Shown in pieces: positions 8,657 to 18,166 of a DNA stretch of 64,000 bases. Each line of letters starts with the position of its first letter. The first letter of the stretch is position 1. The notes below the pieces were generated by a model, which saw only the letters and a list, made by a program, of their open reading frames with translations, was not told the origin of the DNA and searched no databases. Position numbers and translations under genes: made by a program. The stretch is from sequence record NC_014662.1, one strand, 5' to 3'. The DNA comes from Enterobacter phage CC31.

Positions 8657-8686
8657 ATAGTATCATAGCCCTCAAAGAAAGTAAAC
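8657..8686 (-). promoter_or_regulatory. T4-type early promoter with embedded 8-bp inverted repeat
   Basis: minus strand GTTTAC (plus 8681-8686), about 18-nt spacer, TACTAT (plus 8657-8662); palindrome AGGGCTAT/ATAGCCCT at 8651..8672 spans the -10. Confidence 0.5.
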
Positions 8687-8692
8687 GGTTAA

Positions 8693-9130
8693 TTACGCTT
8701 TGCCTGGGCGATTGCCATAGCTCATCACGTAGTTAATGTTATCGGTAGGAACTACAGCGTACTCACCCATGAACACAACGTTGGCTACGATTTGGTCAGT
8801 ATCTTCGTCACGATAAACCAGAGATACCCAAGCACCCATGCCGTCGATGGTTTTACCACTGGAATTTTCAAGTGCGTTATGCAAATCTACAGAAACTGGT
8901 TTGCGTTCGAACTTAGATTTTGCTGTAACAAGCGCAGTGTCAATAGGGTCATTGACTTCAACGAAATGATACTTAGCAGAAATCTTAAAACCACTTGAAC
9001 CAAGAGTAGGACCTGCAACATTGATGATGTACTGACCGCGTGCTGCATTGTCAGAGATAATCCAACCGACCAGACCTTTGTTCTGACCACCAATAACTTT
9101 TACACTTTTACCAATCATTTTACTAGCCAT
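8693..9130 (-). CDS. hypothetical protein
   Basis: 145-aa ORF on minus strand. Confidence 0.55.
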   Translation of the reverse strand: MASKMIGKSVKVIGGQNKGLVGWIISDNAARGQYIINVAGPTLGSSGFKISAKYHFVEVNDPIDTALVTAKSKFERKPVSVDLHNALENSSGKTIDGMGAWVSLVYRDEDTDQIVANVVFMGEYAVVPTDNINYVMSYGNRPGKA

Positions 9131-9185
9131 CTTATCACCTTATCATTTAAGAGAATTCAATTCTAACACATTAAGTTAAAGCAGA

Positions 9186-9875
9186 TTAACCGCGGCCTTT
9201 TGGTAAAGACAGAGGGTCAATTTCATCACCTTCAGGTGCATCTTCTAAACCAAGGGCGTATCGTTGAGCGTATTTTAACATCAAAATATCTTTAGCACAA
9301 TCGTGAATAGAGTCATGAGCAATGAAACCATCCAGGACGCCCTTACGAAGAGGAGTTGTCGTTAAGTCACGAGTTAAAAGAAGAGCTTCAATCGCTGTAC
9401 GAACATCTCGTTGATTCCAGAACTTACAAGGCTCTAAGCCGAAAGTATCGATATCTTTTTCAGCAATACCTTTACGAGCTTCACCTTCACGGAGAATATC
9501 CACAAGAATTGGGAAGTCGAAAGATTGACCACGACACCAACCGAAAGATTTCCACGGGTCAACTCCATTATCTTTCAGGAATTGAAGCAGCTTGTACAGA
9601 CCTTCAACATGGTCAATATCTTCATCAGATGGAAGCAGGTTTTTACGAGCTTCTTCAGATTGAGATTTCCACCACTTCATAGTAGAAGCACCGAATAGAC
9701 GAACACCTTGTTGTGCTTTAAGGTTGAACTTCAGTTTCATACCGCGCTGAACGAGTTCATCAAATGTTTCAACTACTTCCGGGTTCGGGTCAAATACAAC
9801 AGCAGCCACATCAATAACAGCAGAGCGAGAGACGTTACCGAACGTCTCCCAGTCAATAATAAAGTCTTTAATCAT
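9186..9875 (-). CDS. dexA: exonuclease A
   Basis: 229 aa; N-terminus MIKDFIIDWETFG and position upstream of dda match T4 DexA. Confidence 0.85.
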   Translation of the reverse strand: MIKDFIIDWETFGNVSRSAVIDVAAVVFDPNPEVVETFDELVQRGMKLKFNLKAQQGVRLFGASTMKWWKSQSEEARKNLLPSDEDIDHVEGLYKLLQFLKDNGVDPWKSFGWCRGQSFDFPILVDILREGEARKGIAEKDIDTFGLEPCKFWNQRDVRTAIEALLLTRDLTTTPLRKGVLDGFIAHDSIHDCAKDILMLKYAQRYALGLEDAPEGDEIDPLSLPKGRG

Positions 9876-10123
9876 GTCATTTCCTTAAATTCACGGATAT
9901 TACCTGCAACAAATTCAGACAGAGCAATTTTTGGATAATATCCAGTATACCACGAAATAGCTTTAGCATCTCGGATAATGTCATTTAATTCTAACACAAT
10001 CTGACTGCCTTTGATGTTAATTCCACGCTCTGTTGTAGTAGATGGATTTGACACCATGTTATCTTTGACGCCGGCTACAATAGCCTCGGCGTCTTCAACG
10101 GTAATTGTGTACATAAGCCTCAC
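9872..10123 (-). CDS. hypothetical protein (dexA.x position)
   Basis: 83-aa ORF between dda and dexA, ATGA-coupled. Confidence 0.5.
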   Translation of the reverse strand: MRLMYTITVEDAEAIVAGVKDNMVSNPSTTTERGINIKGSQIVLELNDIIRDAKAISWYTGYYPKIALSEFVAGNIREFKEMT

Positions 10124-11451
10124 ACATAATAAACATTTTTACGAGCACGAGTCGTGCCGACATAAAGCAACTGTTGAGCTAATTCAGCATCTGCCATATG
10201 AATACACGGAGTGTAAACATAGCAGTTATCAACAGAAACACCCTGTGCTTTGTGGAAGGTTGAGCATGGAAGTGCTTTCACCTTATGATAACGACGTTTA
10301 GCAGCCCAGAAATCTTTCCAAGGTGCTTTACCACCTTTGTTCCAATTTTTGTAAGTATCAGCTGCTTTAGCCAAGAAGAACTGGAATTTGTTCTGTTCCT
10401 GCTCATCAGCAATTACTCTGATAGTCTCTCTGTAGTAATCGTCTTCATCGCCGTAAGTTTCAAGTTCTAAATCCCAATGACGAACCATGTACTCGCCTGG
10501 AACTCCTTTCGCCCCAATGAAATCTGAGGACTCTTTACACGAAAGAATACGAACATATTGACCGTTGTTGAAGATGACCTCAGAGAACTTCTTACCGTCA
10601 TATTCCAACTCTTTGATGAGTGGTTCCTGCATCACTACTACTTCACCAACGATAAATGGCTCTTCCGTCTGGAAAATCCGTCGACGAATAATAGAGTTCA
10701 ATTTATCAACGGATTTGTTGGTGAATGCTAACATTCGGTTCTCAAACATATCTTCCATGGTTTTGACATTTTCAAAGTATGTCATCATGAAATCGCGTAA
10801 AGCGGTCTGAGAAGTAAAGCCATGAACACCTTCGCCATCTACGAGATGCTCATAAATCCACTCACCATTACGAATGTCAGTAGCAACTTTTATGATTGGA
10901 GCATTACTTCGCATTACCTCAGTAAGATAAAGCTGCTCAAAATCTTTGTGAGTGAAGAACGGAGATAGAGCCGGAACAGTGCTTCCTGGTTCTACTGGAC
11001 GAATCTGAGATTTATCACCGATAGCGATAATCAGACACCAGCTTGGAACACTGGCCATGATAATTTGGAAAAGCTTACGGTCATACATTGAAGCTTCATC
11101 ACAAATTAGAACTCGGCATTTAGCCATGTCCGGAACTTCACTTTGTTCGAAGAGCATGTTCTCTTCGTAAGTGGTCGGGTTAATCTTCAGAATGCTGTGA
11201 ATAGTGTTTGCAGCCATACCTGCAAGCTTACTAAGTACTCGTTTAGCTCCGTGAGTAGGAGCAGCCAGCATTACACCCGATACTCCGGTTGAAATCAAAT
11301 AATTGATGATGAACTTTGTCATCGTGGTCTTACCTGTACCGGCAGGACCATTAATAGTGATGTGACCACCACGACCAGCTTTAATACGTTCAACTACACG
11401 ATTGAACGTAGCTTTCTGGCCTTCGTTGAGCATATCAAATGTAATATTCAA
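10120..11451 (-). CDS. dda: Dda DNA helicase (SF1)
   Basis: 443 aa; INGPAGTGKTT Walker A, ILAAPTH, VLICDE, C-terminal LLYVGTTR match recalled T4 Dda along full length. Confidence 0.92.
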   Translation of the reverse strand: MNITFDMLNEGQKATFNRVVERIKAGRGGHITINGPAGTGKTTMTKFIINYLISTGVSGVMLAAPTHGAKRVLSKLAGMAANTIHSILKINPTTYEENMLFEQSEVPDMAKCRVLICDEASMYDRKLFQIIMASVPSWCLIIAIGDKSQIRPVEPGSTVPALSPFFTHKDFEQLYLTEVMRSNAPIIKVATDIRNGEWIYEHLVDGEGVHGFTSQTALRDFMMTYFENVKTMEDMFENRMLAFTNKSVDKLNSIIRRRIFQTEEPFIVGEVVVMQEPLIKELEYDGKKFSEVIFNNGQYVRILSCKESSDFIGAKGVPGEYMVRHWDLELETYGDEDDYYRETIRVIADEQEQNKFQFFLAKAADTYKNWNKGGKAPWKDFWAAKRRYHKVKALPCSTFHKAQGVSVDNCYVYTPCIHMADAELAQQLLYVGTTRARKNVYYV

Positions 11452-11459
11452 AACTTCTC

Positions 11460-11777
11460 CTACGCGACTTTAACCTTTTTAACCTGTAATGTGTTAATCA
11501 TTTGTTGCACATTTCGGCGCTCTTGTTCAGTGAGCGGTATATGTTCAATAATATCACGTTTGAAGAAAAGCCATTTTGTTTCTTGGTACTCAATTTTACG
11601 TCCATACTTCATCAAATATTGAAGTTTTCCAAGTTGAGTTCCACAATAACGCTCAGCTGCATATTTACCTGTGAAGATAATACACATTCCAAGTGGGTCT
11701 TTGTCCCAAGACTCATAGAATGGAATCTCAAATCCATCTTTATCTTTTGTAATCAGCGCGTAGCCATAGTGCATCAC
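11460..11777 (-). CDS. hypothetical protein (dda.1 position)
   Basis: 105-aa ORF. Confidence 0.5.
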   Translation of the reverse strand: MMHYGYALITKDKDGFEIPFYESWDKDPLGMCIIFTGKYAAERYCGTQLGKLQYLMKYGRKIEYQETKWLFFKRDIIEHIPLTEQERRNVQQMINTLQVKKVKVA

Positions 11778-12526
11778 ATTTTACCTCGAATAAGTTGAAA
11801 CATTGAAGCAGATAATGGGAGACCTTTATTCAGCTTAGCTTTATCAATAAAAGATAAGTTCTGGAAGCGAGTTAATCCCTTAATTACTATATCATAATTA
11901 TGGACAGAATTTTCTGCTTTTGTAGCCTTTTTACTTGTAGTTGCGGCTTTTGAAGCCAACTTGTCAGTGTTCCCAGAAACTTTACGAAGACGCTTAAGTT
12001 CAGCTTTACCGCCAGTGATACGAGCCTGTAAAGACTTTTTCACTTCCGCCGTGACACCTTTTTGCTTCATATGTTGTTCACGTTTAGCGATATTATTCAG
12101 AATAGCCAAGTACTGCTTGTGGTACTTTTTGGCGATACCAGCCAGCGGGTCTTCAGATTCTGGTTCTTGTTGGTCGACAATGACGTGACCACCTGCATCT
12201 GCAGCACGAACAATACGAGAAGCTAACTCATCTCGTTTCTCAATCAGCTCCTCTAAGGAGAAGTTTCCACGAGCAGAGTTGTACTTCTTCTTAACTGGAA
12301 TGACATTACCTGGCACATATCCTTTGTCGTTGTCAAAACGCTCAAGAGTCATCATGTCATCGTTGACACCTTCACAGAATGGCTCACCTGAGTAAGCACA
12401 CACTTTCTGTTGAGCGATGTTGGCAAGATATGACATCGTTAATCCGAAATCTTTTTGACGTCTCGTAGCTGAAGCGTAAGTATTTACTAAACGAGTTGCA
12501 ACGACAATTTCCAATGGCTTGGCCAT
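11774..12526 (-). CDS. srd: Srd-like protein (anti-sigma/RpoD-similar family by position and size)
   Basis: 250 aa, position between dda.1 and modA as in T4; call is positional. Confidence 0.65.
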   Translation of the reverse strand: MAKPLEIVVATRLVNTYASATRRQKDFGLTMSYLANIAQQKVCAYSGEPFCEGVNDDMMTLERFDNDKGYVPGNVIPVKKKYNSARGNFSLEELIEKRDELASRIVRAADAGGHVIVDQQEPESEDPLAGIAKKYHKQYLAILNNIAKREQHMKQKGVTAEVKKSLQARITGGKAELKRLRKVSGNTDKLASKAATTSKKATKAENSVHNYDIVIKGLTRFQNLSFIDKAKLNKGLPLSASMFQLIRGKM

Positions 12527-12681
12527 ATGATATCCTTATATGCTTTTGCGAAAGTAGCGGTATAATGGTTTCAAGGAGTATTCTATAACATCTGATTCCG
12601 GTTGTAAACGGTCAGAATGAAATAAGTTCTACATCATAGATTGTATGCATTCCACCTGGATTGAAATCCACATCCTCAATG

Positions 12682-13290
12682 CTAGTTACTCGGAACTTCG
12701 TTCCGATTGGCAATCATCCATTCTTGTTCATCCTGGACCATGTTGATTTTATTTTTACGGTCAATTTTTGCTAAAGGGTCGTAAGGTGCTGCGCTGAACT
12801 CACAATTTGGAGCTGCGGCTAAAATCTTTAGCATATCTTCCTGGTAGTTATAAGCTATTGTAGGGTTAGACCAGCGAATGATGGTCTTGGTCCCATAGCA
12901 TCCAAAGCTAGCAAAACTTCTTGCTGTGTTAAAGTCGGTTGAAAAGCTTACAACTCTTTCAGATGTAAAAACCTCTCCAACTTCGACGTTTTGAAGAACA
13001 TTGAGCATTCGTCTGTTGACTCCACGATAAAGCATTTCAGGAGTAACGGTTGTCATACGACGGCGGATAACTTTATCCAACCCACGATTAACCCAGTCTT
13101 CCACTTTATCGTTCAAACACTTCCATAAAACTGCTTGTTCTTCATCAGTGAACATCGAGTTAACTTCAGACTCGAGCATTTTACGCTCGACTTCCTCTGA
13201 GCCTTCCCAATACTCATAGATTCCACCAGAAGGAACTGGTATTGATGGTGTGATTTCTACTTCAATGACAGGACTTTGATAGAATGCCAT
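12682..13290 (-). CDS. modA: ModA/ModB-like ADP-ribosyltransferase
   Basis: 202 aa from ATG 13288-13290 (GGAGG RBS); R-S-E ART signature: LYRGV (Arg), SFSTD (STS), DEQEW (Q/E-x-E); size matches T4 ModA. Confidence 0.7.
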   Translation of the reverse strand: MAFYQSPVIEVEITPSIPVPSGGIYEYWEGSEEVERKMLESEVNSMFTDEEQAVLWKCLNDKVEDWVNRGLDKVIRRRMTTVTPEMLYRGVNRRMLNVLQNVEVGEVFTSERVVSFSTDFNTARSFASFGCYGTKTIIRWSNPTIAYNYQEDMLKILAAAPNCEFSAAPYDPLAKIDRKNKINMVQDEQEWMIANRNEVPSN

Positions 13291-13318
13291 GATAACCTCC
13301 GTTTGTTTTACGGAAGCT

Positions 13319-13348
13319 ATCATAACACAGAAGAGAAGGGATGTAAAC
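13319..13348 (-). promoter_or_regulatory. T4-type early promoter
   Basis: minus GTTTAC (plus 13343-13348) and TATGAT (plus 13319-13324), about 18-nt spacer, upstream of modA start. Confidence 0.45.
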
Positions 13349-13350
13349 GG

Positions 13351-13560
13351 TTATTTTGCCCAGGGAGTCCAAGGCGGAGGGTCTGCCCACAATGAGGACA
13401 GTTCTTCACATAGAGCTTTTGTGCAATCTACCCCATGCTTTTTGAAGATTAGTTCTAACTCAGTAGCGATACTCTGGTCCACCTTCGGACCAGATTTCAT
13501 ATCAACTTCGACATATCCTTCAGGAATGTCTTCTTCAAACATATCGAAAATGTTACTCAA
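13351..13560 (-). CDS. hypothetical protein
   Basis: 69-aa acidic ORF. Confidence 0.45.
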   Translation of the reverse strand: MSNIFDMFEEDIPEGYVEVDMKSGPKVDQSIATELELIFKKHGVDCTKALCEELSSLWADPPPWTPWAK

Positions 13561-14069
13561 CGCGGAAGTGCCTCCGTTTTAGGAACACCCAATAGATGCC
13601 AAATACCTTTACGAAAAAGAATCATATCAAACTGGTCTGTGATTAACCAATTATTCACATGAGTAATTCCGTATCCATCAGTGTGCATCATATTCGGAAT
13701 TTTCACAGTATCGATACTTTTATCACCGAATTTAGGTTCTGGAATAATGTCAATCAGATTAGTTTGTGGAATTTTCCAGCCACCAATTAAGAAACTGTCT
13801 TGAGTATCAAATGGAGAGTTTTTGGTTTTAACATAAGTGTTGTATTCTTTGATGATAACGTCAACACCTTCAGGCCAACCATTTTTCAATTCACTTGGGT
13901 CAACATTGTCACGATAGCTAGTTCCATATTCTAAAAATGGATTATAGCAGATAGCTACCATGATTTCCCTTTTATGAAGAGGATGTCTTTTGTCAGTGAA
14001 CGATGGAAAATCTCGAGAAACAAATTCCAGACCGAATGTAGTAATTTTGTATTGTTTTTCGTCAGTCAC
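13557..14069 (-). CDS. hypothetical protein
   Basis: start placed at GTG 14067-14069 with GGAGG 8 nt upstream, 2 nt after upstream stop; track ORF uses a TTG further upstream without RBS. Confidence 0.5.
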   Translation of the reverse strand: MTDEKQYKITTFGLEFVSRDFPSFTDKRHPLHKREIMVAICYNPFLEYGTSYRDNVDPSELKNGWPEGVDVIIKEYNTYVKTKNSPFDTQDSFLIGGWKIPQTNLIDIIPEPKFGDKSIDTVKIPNMMHTDGYGITHVNNWLITDQFDMILFRKGIWHLLGVPKTEALPR

Positions 14070-14454
14070 AGGTGAAGCCTCCGCCAGTGTCACAGGATGT
14101 ATTTGAGGGACTGTCAATATAAGACGTTGTATGTATCATTGGACTATCATAAGAAGATACTCTGGATGAACTAGAGTGATTCTGGTGATTAACCGGAGTA
14201 TGAGTTACGCGTCCAGTATAAGTCTGTCCATTTCGTTGGACTTTCTCTTTCTTCACTATCACTTCTTCCATCATACCATCGCCCATGTAAATCCATTCAC
14301 GGTGTTCATTAGCGCCTTCTTCATAAGCTACGGCCATATCGTTGGCTCCGTACATATGCTCTTTAATGCTTTCATCAAGTCGGGTTTCTTCAGCTTTGAT
14401 TTGAGCATCTGGCCGAGGATTACCGAATAACCCTCTGACAAAATTCATAACCAT
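14062..14454 (-). CDS. hypothetical protein (Ser-rich C-terminus)
   Basis: start at ATG 14452-14454 overlapping upstream stop (TGATG). Confidence 0.5.
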   Translation of the reverse strand: MVMNFVRGLFGNPRPDAQIKAEETRLDESIKEHMYGANDMAVAYEEGANEHREWIYMGDGMMEEVIVKKEKVQRNGQTYTGRVTHTPVNHQNHSSSSRVSSYDSPMIHTTSYIDSPSNTSCDTGGGFTCD

Positions 14455-14705
14455 CAATAACTCCAATTCAAAAATTGAATGTTGAATACGTTTCTTTTGT
14501 AAACACCATCTACTTTAACCAAATCATAATACAGAACTTCGATAGCACATTCAATTGATGTACCAACTTCTCTGTATGCATGTAGCTTAACATCGACAAA
14601 GAAATCAGTATTAGTTTCTTTTTCTATGTATTTTAAGCGAACCAAGTCACTGATTCCGCCACAATCACCTACTGGTTTACGCCATGGAGTTGTTTTAACA
14701 TTCAT
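14454..14705 (-). CDS. hypothetical protein
   Basis: 83 aa from ATG 14703-14705 with GAGGA RBS. Confidence 0.5.
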   Translation of the reverse strand: MNVKTTPWRKPVGDCGGISDLVRLKYIEKETNTDFFVDVKLHAYREVGTSIECAIEVLYYDLVKVDGVYKRNVFNIQFLNWSY

Positions 14706-14730
14706 AGTATTTTCCTCATTTAGTGGAGTC

Positions 14731-14754
14731 ATTATACACTACTCTACAAAAGCA
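14731..14754 (-). promoter_or_regulatory. putative middle-type promoter (MotA-box-like + TATAAT)
   Basis: minus TTGCTTTTG then about 11 nt then TATAAT (plus 14731-14736). Confidence 0.3.
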
Positions 14755-14779
14755 AAAAAGGGACTCCAGAAGGAGTCCC
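14754..14779 (-). terminator. intrinsic terminator GGGACUCC-UUCU-GGAGUCCC + U6
   Basis: 8-bp stem 14760..14779 preceded on plus by AAAAAA; directly after soc stop. Confidence 0.75.
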
Positions 14780-14785
14780 TAAATT

Positions 14786-15025
14786 TTAGTCATCAGATGG
14801 CGCAGGCCCGTTGACCAGTTCTTCGTTGAAAGCTACCCAAGCATCACGCTGGTTGTACTCAAACTTAGTAGAGAACAGAGCAGTTTCTGTGGTTGAGATG
14901 ATGTACATTGTACCAGCAATCTTGTGAACGTCAGAGTACAGTTTGAAATCTACTGAAACTTCTTTCGCTGGAATTGAAGTACCTTTGAATGTACGAGCTT
15001 TGGTCTTAATATTAACGTATGGCAT
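14786..15025 (-). CDS. soc: small outer capsid protein Soc
   Basis: 79 aa; YVNIKT, E-x-SV-F-LYSDVHKI, NQR-W-A-NE match recalled T4 Soc. Confidence 0.85.
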   Translation of the reverse strand: MPYVNIKTKARTFKGTSIPAKEVSVDFKLYSDVHKIAGTMYIISTTETALFSTKFEYNQRDAWVAFNEELVNGPAPSDD

Positions 15026-15052
15026 AATAGCTCCTTTAGTGAATATGCAATA

Positions 15053-15256
15053 TTATTTATTCACTAAGAACTTATCGGTAACACTGAAATAACCACCACC
15101 GCGCACGAGAATTACCCAATCACCATCAATTAAAACAGCAGTGTATGCTTCAATCTCGTTAAATTTCCAATGAAGACGCAGGTCGTATGCATCTGAACCC
15201 TTATAAGGAGAGGCCGGACGCCCGGCCTTCTGCCATGCATAAAAATCAAATACCAT
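15053..15256 (-). CDS. hypothetical protein
   Basis: 67-aa ORF; contains GC-rich hairpin GGCCGG-ACGC-CCGGCC at 15212..15227. Confidence 0.45.
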   Translation of the reverse strand: MVFDFYAWQKAGRPASPYKGSDAYDLRLHWKFNEIEAYTAVLIDGDWVILVRGGGYFSVTDKFLVNK

Positions 15257-15774
15257 TAATAACCTCTTTCTTGACGAGCAAAGTTCTCTGCATTTTTCAG
15301 GTAATACAGTTTGAATACTTCTTCCGCTGTCATGCCAAGAGCCATGATTTTATTCAGGAAGAAGTGAAGCTGGTCAATAAGTTCAAATTTGATTTCGAGC
15401 TGGTCTTCTGGAGACAGGTCTTTAATTTTCTTAGCCTGCATTTCTACATGCTGAGCTTTCCATGGTTTCCACACAGCAGATGCTGCTTTTTCACCATTGC
15501 TCATGCCGCCCAGAGCAGTGTACAGCTCGCGAGTTTCATCTGCGATGTAGTCATCTTGTGCACGCAGCCAAGCAAGTACTTCACCAGCAGTTTCCAGAGA
15601 ATCTGGGTGACGGTTACTGAATGGCTTATCTTCAGCCAGTTTAATCTGCAGAGATTTCTGCATATCGAGCATTACTTGCAGAGGGTCTTGACGATTATCA
15701 ATTACTGCATTATACGCACCATTTGCTTGGTCAGCGCCTTCAATCAGATGTGAGCATTCATTAAAGTGAGCCAT
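15256..15774 (-). CDS. 56: dCTP pyrophosphatase (dCTPase/dUTPase, MazG-like)
   Basis: 172 aa; MAHFNEC..HLIEG, DPLQVMLDMQ, EDQLEIKFEL, FKLYYLKNAENFARQ match recalled T4 gp56 end to end. Confidence 0.92.
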   Translation of the reverse strand: MAHFNECSHLIEGADQANGAYNAVIDNRQDPLQVMLDMQKSLQIKLAEDKPFSNRHPDSLETAGEVLAWLRAQDDYIADETRELYTALGGMSNGEKAASAVWKPWKAQHVEMQAKKIKDLSPEDQLEIKFELIDQLHFFLNKIMALGMTAEEVFKLYYLKNAENFARQERGY

Positions 15775-15819
15775 TGTGTTTTCCTTTTATCAAATCAGAA
15801 ATAAATTATATCATTAACT

Positions 15820-16104
15820 TTATTTAGCAACGAATCCAAGATTTTCAGAAATCTTACGGAACTTTTCCATCTTTTCAAATTTCTTCCAAACTTCTTCTCT
15901 GTCTTCTACAAAATCAAAATCAGTGTGTACTCGCAAATTCAGAAGACACCCCATGATGTCATTCAATTCAGCAATTAATCTGGCGCGATTAGTTTTGCCT
16001 TCATATTCAGAATCAATTCCGAATTGAATAATTTTAGAGCAAAGCATTGCAACTTCAGTACATTCTTCACCTAACTTAAGAAAAGCATGTTGTTCTTGGT
16101 TCAT
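15820..16104 (-). CDS. hypothetical protein
   Basis: 94-aa ORF between 61 and 56. Confidence 0.5.
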   Translation of the reverse strand: MNQEQHAFLKLGEECTEVAMLCSKIIQFGIDSEYEGKTNRARLIAELNDIMGCLLNLRVHTDFDFVEDREEVWKKFEKMEKFRKISENLGFVAK

Positions 16105-17126
16105 ATTTTAGCATACCGAGTAAATCTCATCTTAGCCATTAAGCCTGATTCGATATTGTTGTTGATGTAATCCATGATTTGTTCAGGCGTAGCACCTTCT
16201 TTCATAATCATGTCGTTCACGTCTTTTGAAGACCAAGGTGACTTATCCCAAAAGACCACTCTTTCTCCAGCATCAATAAGCTTCTTCATACGCTTTATTG
16301 TATCTGGATGACGAGGTTCATGGTCCATAATCCAAGCACGATTACCTTCATATGGAACCATGCTCAACTCAATAGAACCACCAGTAATTGCAATAGCATT
16401 GTTGATGAACAAACTATCTAATGGACCTTCCATTACAAATACGAGCTTATTAGGGTCTACTGTATCTTGACCATAAATCTTCGTAGCAAGCTCATGAGCT
16501 TTAATTGTCATGTATTTTTGGGGAGCGTCTTTTGAGAGGGCTCGCCCTTGGAAGGATTCAATTTTGCCTTTTTCATTAAAGATTGGAATAACCAAGCGCG
16601 GTTCATTTTTCTCATGCGAATATGTACCTTCGTTTACTGAGTTAACGAGAGCCGGCCATTGTGTAGTAAACCACAGTCGGTTCCATTTATCTTTAGGAAT
16701 TTTACGTCCTGCAACGTATTTGCATATTGGATGAGCCGGTGAAAGCCTATCTAATCGCTCACAATAATCAAGCTTTTGAATGAACTTCTTTTCAACTGGA
16801 GGAAGTTTAACTTCTTTCTTAGGAGCTGCACGGGATTGACCTTGTTCTTTGCGAACTTCAAGAATGTACTCTCGATATAAGTCCGGTTCATTTTCTCGCA
16901 GATATTTAGCTAATCCTAAGTGTGCGTCACAGTTATAGCAATGGACTACAATTCCGCCAGTTGGTTGTTCATACGCCCATCCACGAGCTTTGAATTGGTC
17001 TTTTTGCGAGTCGCCACAAATTGGGCAACGAAAATTCAATTTAAAACGATGACCGTTTGTTACTTGTTTAAATCTTGGAAGGTGTGAAAATGCGCGATAC
17101 GCAAACTCGTTATCAACCCAACTCAC
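16101..17126 (-). CDS. 61: DNA primase
   Basis: 341 aa; zinc ribbon FRCPICGDS...HCYNC and C-terminal Toprim-like region match recalled T4 gp61. Confidence 0.92.
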   Translation of the reverse strand: MSWVDNEFAYRAFSHLPRFKQVTNGHRFKLNFRCPICGDSQKDQFKARGWAYEQPTGGIVVHCYNCDAHLGLAKYLRENEPDLYREYILEVRKEQGQSRAAPKKEVKLPPVEKKFIQKLDYCERLDRLSPAHPICKYVAGRKIPKDKWNRLWFTTQWPALVNSVNEGTYSHEKNEPRLVIPIFNEKGKIESFQGRALSKDAPQKYMTIKAHELATKIYGQDTVDPNKLVFVMEGPLDSLFINNAIAITGGSIELSMVPYEGNRAWIMDHEPRHPDTIKRMKKLIDAGERVVFWDKSPWSSKDVNDMIMKEGATPEQIMDYINNNIESGLMAKMRFTRYAKI

Positions 17127-17165
17127 TATATTCTCCTTAGTGGCCTTATTTCTAAGGCCATTATA

Positions 17166-17630
17166 TCACAGTTTATTGAGATTTACTTTGATGCGCTTAC
17201 GTTTCTTTGGTAGGGTCTCAGGACCTTTATTGACGATTGCTCCGGTTGTGGTACCAGAGGCGATATTCTGGACACTTCCACCGGAATCTCCGGCTACCAT
17301 GTCCTCGAACAAGGGAAGAGCCTCAAATATCTCTTTTTGTTCGGATTCAGTGATATTGTAACGTGAAGCTACTGCTGACCATGCACTCATCATGGATGCT
17401 ACTCCATTGAGTCCTGGGACAGTTGTTAACATTCTTTTGATTGAACGCACAGATGCGTGGAAAGCAGTATAAGATGCTTTCTCTTCTGGAGTAGTAGGTC
17501 GCTTCAGAACCGTACCCTTTTCATCGATTATCTTGGCTTCATATGCTTTCCATTCAGTGAATGGTTTTTGCATTAGCCTGATAAACTTATACGCATAAAC
17601 GGCGTCAATACCGCTTTTAATAGTTGACAT
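17166..17630 (-). CDS. hypothetical protein (61.1 position)
   Basis: 154-aa ORF. Confidence 0.55.
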   Translation of the reverse strand: MSTIKSGIDAVYAYKFIRLMQKPFTEWKAYEAKIIDEKGTVLKRPTTPEEKASYTAFHASVRSIKRMLTTVPGLNGVASMMSAWSAVASRYNITESEQKEIFEALPLFEDMVAGDSGGSVQNIASGTTTGAIVNKGPETLPKKRKRIKVNLNKL

Positions 17631-17645
17631 AGTCTCCTCTTCTAT

Positions 17646-17846
17646 TTATCGTTTAACACAGACGAATTTAGCAGAGGTTGAAAAATCGCGAGCAGAAGTG
17701 CGCCACTCTTCACCAGCTTGATTGCACAGTTCTTCAGCAGTTGGACCAGTTTGAGTAGGTTTAAACTCAATTTGGTTCATAGCGACTCCGCCATGTTCAC
17801 TAATAAGAGTCATGATTAAAATAAATGTGCTCATCGTTTCATCCAC
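17646..17846 (-). CDS. hypothetical protein
   Basis: 66-aa ORF with hydrophobic N-terminus. Confidence 0.4.
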   Translation of the reverse strand: MDETMSTFILIMTLISEHGGVAMNQIEFKPTQTGPTAEELCNQAGEEWRTSARDFSTSAKFVCVKR

Positions 17847-18166
17847 GCGTTAAAAATGTCATCATCACTACCGGTATAATCCAATCGCTCTTCAAAGGAT
17901 TCGCAATCAACACAGATTACTTCAATTCCTTCCCAGAGCAAATCATCGTCAATACCAGATTCCCAGGCAGAATCTTTAGCTAATTTTTCAATCAGCTGTT
18001 TTGTCAATTTTTGACCTTGATGAACGAAGCTAGACTCAAATGACAAATCTACTTTAAGTACTCTTTTAAAGATATCATAATGAACTGAACCGCATTCGCA
18101 CCCACACTCATCGATGAAACGAATTAACCCTTGGTGTTCATCACAAACAGCTTTCATTTTGTACAT
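17831..18166 (-). CDS. hypothetical Cys-rich protein (61.2 position)
   Basis: 111 aa; CDEH...CGCECGS and CVDCES motifs. Confidence 0.5.
   Translation of the reverse strand: MYKMKAVCDEHQGLIRFIDECGCECGSVHYDIFKRVLKVDLSFESSFVHQGQKLTKQLIEKLAKDSAWESGIDDDLLWEGIEVICVDCESFEERLDYTGSDDDIFNAWMKR

Noticed and set aside
15212-15227. GC-rich hairpin GGCCGG-ACGC-CCGGCC as a terminator
   Set aside because: Lies inside the 67-aa ORF 15053..15256 and has no U-run on either strand; more likely coincidental GC-rich codons or an RNA stability element.
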